Assembly (NCBI GenBank): GCA_965233585.1
Contig: CBDDTI010000747.1
Span: 160,001 to 224,000, forward strand
DNA from: a bacterium
GTDB lineage: Bacteria; SAR324; NAC60-12
Length of the DNA: 64,000 nucleotides
Reading direction: 5' to 3'
Part shown: positions 39,456 through 48,744 of the stretch, one piece after another
Numbering within the stretch: the stretch's first letter is position 1
How the letters are laid out: every line of letters starts with the position of its first letter
Program-made: the position numbers and the translations under genes
Notes under the pieces: generated by a model
What the model was told of the DNA's origin: nothing
The model's input: only the letters and a program-made list of their open reading frames with translations
Databases searched by the model: none

Positions 39456-40934
39456 ATGATGAAAATGAGAATTTGGTTACTAGCATCGTTGACAATTTTG
39501 TCTGCATGCAATCCCTCCAAAGATTCAGAGGACGAAGACAACAAACTGGCTACCGTGGGTTGTGAGATTGAAGGCTCTACAACACAGGTGGTCAAAGGCG
39601 AACAAATCACGGCAAACCTTGCTTGCAATCTGGAAAGCATTGAGGAAGATTTGGAGCTGACTTTGAAGTATGATGCCAATCTCATCAACTTGTCAGCATC
39701 AGGACAGGCACAAGCCCAAGCAGGTTCTGTCAAAATCACATTGCCCAAAGACGGCTCCTTCAAAAGCACGTTGAACATTCAAGGATTGAAAATTGGCAAA
39801 AGTCAAATTGACCTGAAAGTCAAAGACATTGCTAAAAAATGGGATTTTAAAGTCGTGTTACCCAACATAGATTTTGGAGATTCGCCATATCCTCTTGCGA
39901 CAGGAAACTCTCATACCGCTTTTGTCAAAGCAGACGAGACACTCTGGGCTTGGGGAGAAAATACTCAAGGTCAACTTGGAGATGGCACAACGACTAACAG
40001 AAATGCTCCTGTCAAAATTGGCTCTGACCAATGGACATCTATCTCTGCAGGATCGGCACACACTCTTGGCTTGAAAACAGACGGGACACTCTGGGCTTGG
40101 GGAGAAAATGGTAGCAGACAACTTGGAGACGGTAGCACCACTAACAGAAGCACTCCTGTCAAAATTGGCTCTGACCAGTGGAAGTCTATTTCTGGAGGAG
40201 GGTACCACAGTCTTGGCTTGAAAACAGACGGGACACTCTGGGCTTGGGGAGAAAATGGTAGCAGACAACTTGGAGATGGTAGCACCACTGACAGAAGCAC
40301 TCCTGTCAAAATTGGCTCTGACCAGTGGAAGTCTGTTTCTGGAGGACACGAACACAGTCTTGGCTTAAAGGCAGACGGAACACTCTGGGCTTGGGGTGAT
40401 AATGGTTATGGACAACTTGGAGATGGTAGCACCACTGACAGAAGCACTCCTGTCAAAATTGGTTCTGACAATGATTGGAAAAAAATCAGCACACGACGTC
40501 ACAGCTCTTTTGGCATCAAGAAAAACGGGACGCTCTGGGCTTGGGGTGATAATAGTGACGGACAACTTGGAGACGGTAGCACTAATGACAGACATGCTCC
40601 TGTCCAGATTACAGGAATCTGGAAGTCTGTCTCTTCAGGAGGTGAGCAAAATGACGAACATTACCATAGTCTTGGAATCAAGAGTGATGGGACTCTATGG
40701 GTTTGGGGGACAGACAGAGACAATCAACTTGGTTTAGGAGCAGGAAACCAAAGAACAGCTCGCCCTGTGCAACTGGGGTCTGACACCGATTGGGTTGCTG
40801 TGAAGGTAGGAGATTTTTATAGCATTGCAGTCAAATCAAATGGAGAAGTCTGGACATGGGGTTATAATGGTTCTGGACAACTTGGAGATGGTAGCACTAC
40901 TAACAGAAATGCTCCTGTTAAATTGAGTTTTTAG
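39456..40934 (+). CDS. RCC1/BLIP-II-like 7-blade beta-propeller lipoprotein with N-terminal stalk domain
   Basis: Lipobox LSAC. Seven (L/V)WxWGx(N/D)xxxQLG repeats; 147-bp period at 39941/40088/40235/40382. Confidence 0.9.
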   Translation: MMKMRIWLLASLTILSACNPSKDSEDEDNKLATVGCEIEGSTTQVVKGEQITANLACNLESIEEDLELTLKYDANLINLSASGQAQAQAGSVKITLPKDGSFKSTLNIQGLKIGKSQIDLKVKDIAKKWDFKVVLPNIDFGDSPYPLATGNSHTAFVKADETLWAWGENTQGQLGDGTTTNRNAPVKIGSDQWTSISAGSAHTLGLKTDGTLWAWGENGSRQLGDGSTTNRSTPVKIGSDQWKSISGGGYHSLGLKTDGTLWAWGENGSRQLGDGSTTDRSTPVKIGSDQWKSVSGGHEHSLGLKADGTLWAWGDNGYGQLGDGSTTDRSTPVKIGSDNDWKKISTRRHSSFGIKKNGTLWAWGDNSDGQLGDGSTNDRHAPVQITGIWKSVSSGGEQNDEHYHSLGIKSDGTLWVWGTDRDNQLGLGAGNQRTARPVQLGSDTDWVAVKVGDFYSIAVKSNGEVWTWGYNGSGQLGDGSTTNRNAPVKLSF

Positions 40935-40976
40935 CTTCAGCCCTGTTTTTTCTTCACTTCCGCATTCACAGTCAAT

Positions 40977-41036
40977 GCTCCCGCCTCCAGCGGGGGTTTT
41001 GAATCCAGCCTTGTTTTTTCTTCATTCCACCAAAGG
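40977..41036 (+). repeat. About 60-bp direct repeat copy A (contains a terminator-like hairpin)
   Basis: GCTCCCGC...GTTTTGAxTCCAGC...GTTTTTTCTTCAxTCCAxCAAAGG; copy B at 41899-41959. Confidence 0.7.
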
Positions 41037-41100
41037 CAGGTGACTGACAGAAATGCTCTTGGCAAACAGTGTTGAAGTTAGATTTTAAATTTTCTTTAAA

Positions 41101-41637
41101 TCAAGAGTTTTGAGAGGGTTTTTCAGTATTTTTAGCAATCATTTGAAGCACTTCGTGCATGTCAGTCACCTGACCTTGCATGTCAGTCATCTGACCTTGC
41201 ATGTCAGTCATCTGTCCTTTCACTTCAATCATATCAGACTTTAAAACTGAAACGTCAGATTTTAACTCTGATACATCAGACTTTAACTCTGAAACGTCAG
41301 ATTTTAACTCTGAAACGTCAGACTTTAAAACTGACACATCAGACTTTAATTCTGACACATCAGACTTTAGCTCTGAAACGTCGGACTTTAAAACTGACAC
41401 GTCAGATTCTAAGCCTTCAAATCTCTCATTGGTTTCTTTTCTGAATTTTGACAAATCAGATTCCAAGGTATCAAAACGTTCGTGAACAGCACGAAACTCC
41501 TTGGCGAACCTACGACCATTTTCTCTGTTGGCTTCCACAGATTCGTCCATTGCCTTCTTGATCTTACGTAGACTCTCACGAGTCCCTTCTTGATCACTTC
41601 TAGCATATGTCTCGTTTTCTAAAAATTCTTGATCCAT
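41101..41637 (-). CDS. Coiled-coil protein with tandem heptads (SDVSELK)n and (MTDMQGQ)n
   Basis: 21-bp tandem repeats at about 41155-41410. Confidence 0.8.
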   Translation of the reverse strand: MDQEFLENETYARSDQEGTRESLRKIKKAMDESVEANRENGRRFAKEFRAVHERFDTLESDLSKFRKETNERFEGLESDVSVLKSDVSELKSDVSELKSDVSVLKSDVSELKSDVSELKSDVSELKSDVSVLKSDMIEVKGQMTDMQGQMTDMQGQVTDMHEVLQMIAKNTEKPSQNS

Positions 41638-41898
41638 ATATTTCCCATTTCACAAAGTTTAAAATAAATGCAAACTCTCTCTGGACAAAAGTCAATCCAC
41701 AAATTTAATGACTTCAATCTCATCAAATGGGTTCAATTTTAACCAAATCCTCAAACAAGAGTCAATCTTATCAAATCAACGTGTCAATGTTTTTTTAATT
41801 TCTGTGTTGTTCTGAAGAATTGGAGTCAAAAATCCGTTCTTCATTCAAAAAACCCATTCCTTACAAAACACCAAACACTCAGATCTTGTTTTTGCCTC

Positions 41899-41959
41899 GC
41901 TCCCGCATCAAAGCAAGAGTTTTGAGTCCAGCTCCGTTTTTTCTTCACTCCATCAAAGG
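41899..41959 (+). repeat. About 60-bp direct repeat copy B (degenerate hairpin)
   Basis: Aligns by eye to 40977-41036. Confidence 0.7.
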
Positions 41960-42012
41960 TCAATCACAAAGGTAAAAACTTCAATAAAATAATTATTTTT
42001 TGTTTTGCTTGT

Positions 42013-42094
42013 TGCTATCTGTTGGGGTTTTAAATATAATTTTAAACATGTTTTTATTTTATTTGTTGCTATCTCTTTAATCTTCAAATATCAT
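42013..42094 (+). promoter_or_regulatory. Tandem duplicated sigma70-like promoters of RCC1 lipoprotein 2
   Basis: TTGCTA-17-TATAAT followed by TTGCTA-17-TATCAT. Confidence 0.55.
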
Positions 42095-42140
42095 GTATTT
42101 ATATTAAATGAAAATTCACTATGTTAAAAAGGAGAACATC

Positions 42141-43619
42141 ATGAAAACAAGAATTTGGTTACTGGCATCGTTAGCGGCTTTGTCTGCGTGCAATCCTTCT
42201 GCCACAGACTCAGAGGAGGAAGAAAGCAATCTGGCAAAATTGAGTTGTGAGATTGGAGGCTTGACAACACAACTGGCTCAAGGGGAACAGACCACAGCAA
42301 ACCTTGCTTGTGATTTGACAGGTATTCATCAACAGTTGCAGTTGGTTGTAGGATATGACGCTAGTGTCATCAATCTTTCTGCATCAGGAGAGTCTCAAGC
42401 CCAAGCAGGTTCTATCAAGATTACCTTGCCAAGAAATAGCCCTTTCAAAAGCACATTGAGCCTTCAGGGACTCAAAACAGGCAAAAGTCAAATTGAACTC
42501 AAGGTCAAAGACTTTTCTAAAACGTGGGATTTTGCAGTCATACCCTCCATTGATTTTAGAAGTGCGGGATACAAACTTGCATCAGGTATCAGTCACAGCC
42601 TTTTAATCAAAGAAGACGGCACACTTTGGGCGTGGGGGGTGAATAATGATGGGCAACTTGGTGATGGCACCAATGCTGACAGACTGGCTCCTGTTCAAAT
42701 TGGTTCTGACAACAACTGGAAAATTTTGGCAAGTAATGGTGCATTTAGTCTTGCCATCAAAAAAGAGGGGAGCCTTTGGGCTTGGGGACGCAACCGTTTT
42801 AGACAACTTGGTGATGGCACCAACACTGACAGATTCGCTCCCGTTCAAATTGCTGGAAGCTGGAAGCTCGTCTCTGCAGGATATTTTCATACACTGGCTT
42901 TGAAGGGAGATAACACACTCTGGGCTTGGGGAGACAACCGTGTTGGACAACTTGGAGACGGCACTACCACCATCAGAACCACTCCTACAAAAATTGGTTC
43001 TGACCAATGGACGTCTGTCTCTTCAGGCTATGGACACACTCTGGGACTGAAGACAGATGGCACACTCTGGGCTTGGGGTTTTAATAGAGTTGGACAACTT
43101 GGTGATGGAACCAACACCAATAGAACCACCCCTACGAAAATTGGCTCTGGCAATGACTGGCAAGAAATTCATACAAAAAGTGTCAGCTCTTTTGCCATCA
43201 AAAAAGATGGAAGTCTTTGGGCATGGGGGTCTAACATAGATGGACAACTTGGAGACGGCACCAACACTGACAGACTTGCTCCTGTTCAAATTTCTGGTCA
43301 CTGGAAGGCTGTTTCTTCAGGAGGAGATGCTGATGACTCACAAGGTTTTCATACACTCGGAATCAAGAGTGGAGGGTCTCTGTGGGCTTGGGGGAGTGAT
43401 TCTGACGGGCGTCTCGGACTAGGAGCAGGAGATCAAAGTAGTAACCGTCCTATTCAGTTGGGATCAGACACTGATTGGGTTGCTGTGGAGGCAGGAGATT
43501 CGTATAGTGTCGCAGTCAAATCCAATGGAGAAGTCTGGGCATGGGGAGGCAATAATTTTGGACGTCTTGGAGACGGCACCAACATTAACAGAGATACTCC
43601 CGTTAAAGTGAGGTTTTAA
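42141..43619 (+). CDS. RCC1/BLIP-II-like 7-blade beta-propeller lipoprotein, paralog 2
   Basis: RBS AAGGAG, MKTRIWLLASLAALSAC lipobox, seven WAWG repeats, stalk homologous to 39456. Confidence 0.9.
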   Translation: MKTRIWLLASLAALSACNPSATDSEEEESNLAKLSCEIGGLTTQLAQGEQTTANLACDLTGIHQQLQLVVGYDASVINLSASGESQAQAGSIKITLPRNSPFKSTLSLQGLKTGKSQIELKVKDFSKTWDFAVIPSIDFRSAGYKLASGISHSLLIKEDGTLWAWGVNNDGQLGDGTNADRLAPVQIGSDNNWKILASNGAFSLAIKKEGSLWAWGRNRFRQLGDGTNTDRFAPVQIAGSWKLVSAGYFHTLALKGDNTLWAWGDNRVGQLGDGTTTIRTTPTKIGSDQWTSVSSGYGHTLGLKTDGTLWAWGFNRVGQLGDGTNTNRTTPTKIGSGNDWQEIHTKSVSSFAIKKDGSLWAWGSNIDGQLGDGTNTDRLAPVQISGHWKAVSSGGDADDSQGFHTLGIKSGGSLWAWGSDSDGRLGLGAGDQSSNRPIQLGSDTDWVAVEAGDSYSVAVKSNGEVWAWGGNNFGRLGDGTNINRDTPVKVRF

Positions 43620-43646
43620 TTCCATTCTTCTTTCTCTTTTCTCCTT

Positions 43647-43673
43647 AGCAGGGAGTCAGCTCTGCTCCCTGTT
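43647..43673. terminator. Hairpin between convergent genes
   Basis: AGCAGGGAG...CTCCCTGTT stem flanked by pyrimidine tracts. Confidence 0.5.
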
Positions 43674-43744
43674 GTTTCCTCTCCTTGCTCTGTCAATCCT
43701 CTTTTACCTTTCAGCTGATTCCCTCCTTAGTTGATTCAAAGAGA

Positions 43745-44194
43745 CTAAGCTGCAGTCAACACATCTTTGATAAAAGCCAGCATTGCAAAGAGTGCTGCCA
43801 TCTGCGCCAGAGTTAAACCCACCATCCATTGTATCAATGAAATTTTAGTGTCCTTGATTTGTCCTTCAAGGTCGCTTTTGACCTCTTGCAAATCAGTCTT
43901 GACATCATTGATTTTTCCTTCAAGGTCGCTTTTGACCTCTTGCAAATCATTCTTGACGTCATTGATTTTTCCTTCAAGGTCGCTTTTGACCTCTTGCAAA
44001 TCATTCTTGACGTCATTGATTTTTCCTTCAAGGTCACTTTTAACTTCTTGCAAATCTTGTTTGGTGCAAACTGTGGTTTTGAGTTCTTCACTGAAAATAT
44101 CTCTTAAACATTCAGCTTGAGCCTCCGCCTGTTCAGAAGTAAAACCTACTGCTATCAGTCGCTTGGAATATTGCAACGTATCTATCGCATACAT
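43745..44194 (-). CDS. DUF1640/CCDC90/Bdr-like coiled-coil membrane-anchored protein
   Basis: DTLQYSKRLIAVGFTSEQAEA head, TKQDL, 18-aa (54-bp) tandem repeats DLQEVKSDLEGKINDVKN, IQWMVG C-terminal TM. Confidence 0.85.
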   Translation of the reverse strand: MYAIDTLQYSKRLIAVGFTSEQAEAQAECLRDIFSEELKTTVCTKQDLQEVKSDLEGKINDVKNDLQEVKSDLEGKINDVKNDLQEVKSDLEGKINDVKTDLQEVKSDLEGQIKDTKISLIQWMVGLTLAQMAALFAMLAFIKDVLTAA

Positions 44195-44295
44195 AAAAGC
44201 CTTTTTTTAAAAATGATTTTTTAAGTCAACCAATCAATGAAAGTCATCTTCATCTTTGTCATAGCAGATGACAAACTCTGTTCTTTTTAAAGAAT

Positions 44296-45960
44296 TTAGC
44301 TTGGTTCAGTCCACATGTTTTTAGACTGAATCAGTTCCACCAACTTTTCTACGGCTTGTGATTGATGAATGCCTGACTGAACTCGTGTTTGTCCATAATA
44401 AAGGTCTATTTTTTCCTGACCTGCCCCAACGTACCCAAAGTCTGCATCTGCCATCTCACCAGGTCCATTGACGATACAGCCCATGATCCCAATTTTCACA
44501 CCCTTGAGATGCTTCGTTCGGTCTTGAATTTGTTTGGTGGTCGTTTGTAAATCAAAAAAAGTTCTTCCACATGAGGGGCAAGAAATAAAATCAGCACGGG
44601 ACATTCTGACACGGGTTGCTTGCAAAAGCGTCTCACAAAAGACAAAGAGTTGGTGTTCTGGAGGCAGATGTGGACAAATCAGAGCCTGCAAAAGACCTTC
44701 AATGATGGCACTTCCCAACTCTGAAGCACCTTGTTCCCATTGACAAAAATCTAAATGCAATCGTACTGCCACAGGGAATGCTATTTGTGCATCATACAGG
44801 ATTTTTGCCAAATGGCGAAGTGGAAATAAAAATGACTGCCCTGACAACACCAAAAGTTGAGGGGTTTGAAAAAGTTTTAATCTTTCCACAAATTGTAGTT
44901 CGTTTACTAAATCTTCAGGAGACACATGGATAATAGAAAGTTTGTCAATTTGAGATTCGTTGATGAGTTCGTCCACATATTCAGGTTTGGTGTGAGCAAT
45001 GCGAAAAGGTGTGATTGCTAGCAGGCGAAATGCCTCACCTACTTTGGTTTGACCGATTTGCACAGCCTGTCTTGAAGGCAATGGTTTGGTTAAAGGTGGC
45101 ACATATTGTGTTTGATGGACTCCGTCTAAAATCGCTTGTGCCGCAGGGATTTCGTATTTTGAGGCTTCTGTCAAAGACACACGTACGGTGTCGCCAATCC
45201 CATCTATCAATAAACCCCCAATCCCCACAGCACTTTTGATCCTGCCATCTAGTCCAGCCCCTGCTTCGGTGACTCCAAGATGCAATGGATAATCAAAACA
45301 CTCTTTTGCCAGTTGTTTACTCAATTCACGGTATGCACGCATCATTACGGAAGGAATTGAAGACTTCATAGAAATGATGATGTCATGGAAGTTATATTTT
45401 GCAAAAATCCGCACATATTCCATTGCACACTCTACCATTCCCTCCGGGGTGTCTCCATAGTGGTTCAAAATCCTGTCGGATAAAGAACCATGATTCACAC
45501 CCAATCTTAGAGAACGTTTGTATTTTTGCAAATTCGCAATCAAGGGCTTGAGCCTCTCTTCAATCCTTTCCAATTCTTCATTGTATTGGTCTTGAGTGTA
45601 AACTTTGACTTCAAAACGTTTGGTGTCTGCAAAGTTACCGGGGTTGATTCTCACTTTTTCAAACAGTTCACAAGCATCTACTGCAATTTTAGGGCTGAAG
45701 TGGACGTCAGCAATCAAGGGCTGTGTGATGCCATACTCTGACATCTTCTTTCGCATTTGAGAGACGGCTTCCAGTGCTTGGCGATTAGGCAAAGTGAGTC
45801 GGATCATCTCTGCATCATGCAACGTTTGCATCTCTTGCAGACAAGCCTCCGCATCGCGGGTGTCTGATGTCAGCATCGTTTGAATCCTCACAGGATTTGC
45901 CCCACCTACTGCTACATTGCCAATATAAACCGTCCGTGTTTTTCTCCTCAAATCATTCAT
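44296..45960 (-). CDS. ispG: HMBPP synthase, long form
   Basis: PLIADVHF, RINPGN, GVNHGSLS, HLGVTEAG, CPSCGRT, MGCIVNGPGE. Confidence 0.95.
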   Translation of the reverse strand: MNDLRRKTRTVYIGNVAVGGANPVRIQTMLTSDTRDAEACLQEMQTLHDAEMIRLTLPNRQALEAVSQMRKKMSEYGITQPLIADVHFSPKIAVDACELFEKVRINPGNFADTKRFEVKVYTQDQYNEELERIEERLKPLIANLQKYKRSLRLGVNHGSLSDRILNHYGDTPEGMVECAMEYVRIFAKYNFHDIIISMKSSIPSVMMRAYRELSKQLAKECFDYPLHLGVTEAGAGLDGRIKSAVGIGGLLIDGIGDTVRVSLTEASKYEIPAAQAILDGVHQTQYVPPLTKPLPSRQAVQIGQTKVGEAFRLLAITPFRIAHTKPEYVDELINESQIDKLSIIHVSPEDLVNELQFVERLKLFQTPQLLVLSGQSFLFPLRHLAKILYDAQIAFPVAVRLHLDFCQWEQGASELGSAIIEGLLQALICPHLPPEHQLFVFCETLLQATRVRMSRADFISCPSCGRTFFDLQTTTKQIQDRTKHLKGVKIGIMGCIVNGPGEMADADFGYVGAGQEKIDLYYGQTRVQSGIHQSQAVEKLVELIQSKNMWTEPS

Positions 45961-45968
45961 GTTTTGTC

Positions 45969-46349
45969 TCACTTGTGCTTTTTCAATCTGACTGCAATGA
46001 CGTGATAAATGAAAATGACTAAAAGCCCCCACGTCCAATGAAAATGAAGGCTTTGCACCCAATCCAGTTGGTTATCTTCGTAGAGGAAAAGCAAAACCCC
46101 TGTCATAATCAAGACTCCCCCAGCCATGCACTGTAACATCCCCGAACTAGCAATGGTGAAATACCTCAAAAATGCTCGCCGTTCTTTGATATGCTCCCAA
46201 GCGTACACAGGAAATACGAGGATAAAAAAGAACCCTGCCCAAAGATGAAAAATCAAGGGCAGTGAAAAACCTGGTTTGGGAGGCTTCCAAGCCAGCCAAA
46301 ACCCAGAAATGACTAAACAAAATGTTAAAATCAGTACGAGGCGCCTCAT
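45969..46349 (-). CDS. Small membrane protein (4 TM, conserved-looking His residues)
   Basis: ATGA overlap with the nth stop; MRRLVLIL...FHLWAG...WEH...LHFH...YH. Confidence 0.65.
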   Translation of the reverse strand: MRRLVLILTFCLVISGFWLAWKPPKPGFSLPLIFHLWAGFFFILVFPVYAWEHIKERRAFLRYFTIASSGMLQCMAGGVLIMTGVLLFLYEDNQLDWVQSLHFHWTWGLLVIFIYHVIAVRLKKHK

Positions 46350-46978
46350 AGCAATTTTTCTGAATAGGCACATTCTTCGGAAACGACGCAGTCTGCGCAT
46401 TTGGGACGACTTGCACGGCAAGTGTAACGTCCATGAAGAATCAACAAATGATGAGCATCCTGCTTCCATGAATCTGGCACAACTTTTAAAAGTTTGTTTT
46501 CTACATCAAGTGGGGTTTTGCCAGTGGCTAACCCTGTGCGATTTGAGACACGAAAGACATGGGTATCAACAGCAATAGTTGGGTGTCCAAAAGCGACATT
46601 GAGCAACACATTTGCAGTCTTGCGTCCCACACCAGGCAAGGCTTCCAGCTCTTTGCGAGTTTCAGGAACTTGACCTTGATACTCTTGCACCAAAATTTGG
46701 GAAGTTTTGAGAATATTCTTAGCCTTGGTGTTTGCCAAACCGATTTTGCGAATCAACTCCTTGATGTCTTGCCAGTCTGCCTCTGCCATCTCAAAAGCAG
46801 ATGGATAGGTTGCAAATAATTGGGGAGTGGCAAGATTCACAGATTTATCAGTGGCTTGGGCGCTTAACATGACTGCAATCAAAAGCTCAAAATGATTGGC
46901 ATACAGCAGTTCTGTTTTAGGCACAATACCACCTGTTCCTAACTTTTCAAAAAAACACAAGGCATCTTTGGGTGTCAT
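46346..46978 (-). CDS. nth: Endonuclease III
   Basis: LSAQATD, LPGVGRKTANV, VDTHVFR, C-x6-C-x2-C-x5-C. Confidence 0.96.
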   Translation of the reverse strand: MTPKDALCFFEKLGTGGIVPKTELLYANHFELLIAVMLSAQATDKSVNLATPQLFATYPSAFEMAEADWQDIKELIRKIGLANTKAKNILKTSQILVQEYQGQVPETRKELEALPGVGRKTANVLLNVAFGHPTIAVDTHVFRVSNRTGLATGKTPLDVENKLLKVVPDSWKQDAHHLLILHGRYTCRASRPKCADCVVSEECAYSEKLL

Positions 46979-47116
46979 CACTTTTTTTTGAGCAAAGTTT
47001 GGCAAAAATTAACTTTTTGAGTCTAGCATCTTCTTACAAAATAAGAAATTGAGGAGAAAGGAGGTGAAAGCATGATTTTTCAAATTTTTTTTGAAACGAT
47101 TTTTGAAATAATGACA

Positions 47117-48481
47117 TCACTTGCCAATGCAAAAGTGGGCAAAAATTTGTTCAAGAATATCGTCTGCGGTCGTTTGTCCCACAATGTCCCCAAGCAATTT
47201 TAAAGCAGATGCTGTCTCTACCGCTACACACTCTTCGCCAACCCCTGCATGAATGGCATCAATGGCATTTTGCAGTCTTTGAGATGTGGCTTGTGCGATT
47301 TGAGCTTGCCTTAAATTCGTCATCAATACAGATTCTTGGGGTGCAGAAGTGCCAAGTGCTTTTTGAAAAATTGCAGTCTTCAGTCCTTCTATTCCTTCAC
47401 CTGACAAAGCGGACACATGCAAAGCATTTTTTGATAAAGCGTCTTGTTTTGACTTTGACAAGGCGTCTTGCTGCAAGTCTTTCTTATTCCAAACAATCAA
47501 ATCTTTTTCTGGTTTGAGAAATTTTAAAACGTCTGCTGTCGGTTTTTGGTCATGGGCAAAAATGATTAAGCATAAATCCGCACGTTTGAGTTCTTCCAAA
47601 CTCAACTGGACACCAGCAGACTCCGTTCGGTTTTCTGTTTGGCGCACTCCTGCGGTGTCCACAAGGCAGACAGACAGACCACAAAAAGAAGTCCACTCTT
47701 CAATGAAATCACGTGTTGTTCCTGCAACAGCATCTACCAGTGCACGCTTGCGGCTGGTCAAAACATTCAAAAGACTGGATTTTCCAACATTCGGCTCACC
47801 AATCAATGCAACACGAAAGCCTTCGCGAATCGTCTGACCGTGTTTTGCAGTGGCTTGTAGTTTGTCAAGTTCTGTCTTGGCATCTAGCAAACATTGCAGA
47901 CATTCTTTTCTGCTGGGGAAGTCTTCGTCTTGGTCGGCAAAATCAATAGAGAACTCTAAAAAGGAAGAAGCGCGTTTGATTTGGTTGCTGATGGATTCAA
48001 TACATTGAGAAAGCCGTCCCCGCATCTGATTGACTGCTGTTTGCATGCTTAAACTTGACCTTGCATGCAACAGATCGCCCACTGCCTCCACTTGTAACAA
48101 ATCCATTTTACCATTAAAAAAAGCACGCCTCGTGAACTCTCCTGCTTCTGCAAGCCTTGCCCCACGACTCACGCATGCCTCAAGCAAAGCATTCAGCACT
48201 GCTTGAGAGCCATGTGTGTAGAACTCTGCCGTATCCTCACCTGTGTAAGAATGAGGTGCAGACATCAGGCAAAGCATTCCTTCGTCAAGCACTTGGTCTT
48301 GGTCTTTCACCCAGCCATGAACCATCATGCGGGGTTGAAGAGGGAAGTTTTGTTTGGAAGGAGTAAAAAGACTTTCTGCTAAAGTTTTGGCATGTTGACC
48401 ACTGATGCGAATGATGCCAATCGCTCCTACTCCTGTTGCTGTGGCAATGGCAACGATGGTGTCTTGGCTCTTCAAAGACAT
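47117..48481 (-). CDS. mnmE: tRNA modification GTPase MnmE
   Basis: DTIVAIAT, GEPNVGKSS, GTTRD, DTAG, FCIGK. Confidence 0.96.
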   Translation of the reverse strand: MSLKSQDTIVAIATATGVGAIGIIRISGQHAKTLAESLFTPSKQNFPLQPRMMVHGWVKDQDQVLDEGMLCLMSAPHSYTGEDTAEFYTHGSQAVLNALLEACVSRGARLAEAGEFTRRAFFNGKMDLLQVEAVGDLLHARSSLSMQTAVNQMRGRLSQCIESISNQIKRASSFLEFSIDFADQDEDFPSRKECLQCLLDAKTELDKLQATAKHGQTIREGFRVALIGEPNVGKSSLLNVLTSRKRALVDAVAGTTRDFIEEWTSFCGLSVCLVDTAGVRQTENRTESAGVQLSLEELKRADLCLIIFAHDQKPTADVLKFLKPEKDLIVWNKKDLQQDALSKSKQDALSKNALHVSALSGEGIEGLKTAIFQKALGTSAPQESVLMTNLRQAQIAQATSQRLQNAIDAIHAGVGEECVAVETASALKLLGDIVGQTTADDILEQIFAHFCIGK

Positions 48482-48744
48482 CTTGGCTGATTAGGCAGAT
48501 TTTGAGCAAATAAAAATTGCCTGATTTTTTTGACTAATGGAGTGGTGTCAAAACTCTTTGTCATTGGGATTTAAAAAAGGATTCAAAAGAAGATCTTTTT
48601 TTGAGATTATCAAAATTTTTGGGGTTCACAGGGCATTGATTGTAGCGTTCATTCTCGTTTTTGTAAAGATGACCTGCAAAGCAGAAGTATCCCAAAAAAT
48701 TTCTTAAATACCTCCTACTATGATATGATTCAGGGATTTAAATC

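Noticed and set aside
39941..40680. Diversity-generating retroelement TR/VR pair
   Set aside because: Repeats are all coding blades, differences are not confined to adenines, and no reverse transcriptase is present.
41201..44120. Antisense ORFs 41201-41485, 43767-44120 and 43859-44107
   Set aside because: Open only because the tandem repeats lack stops on the other strand.
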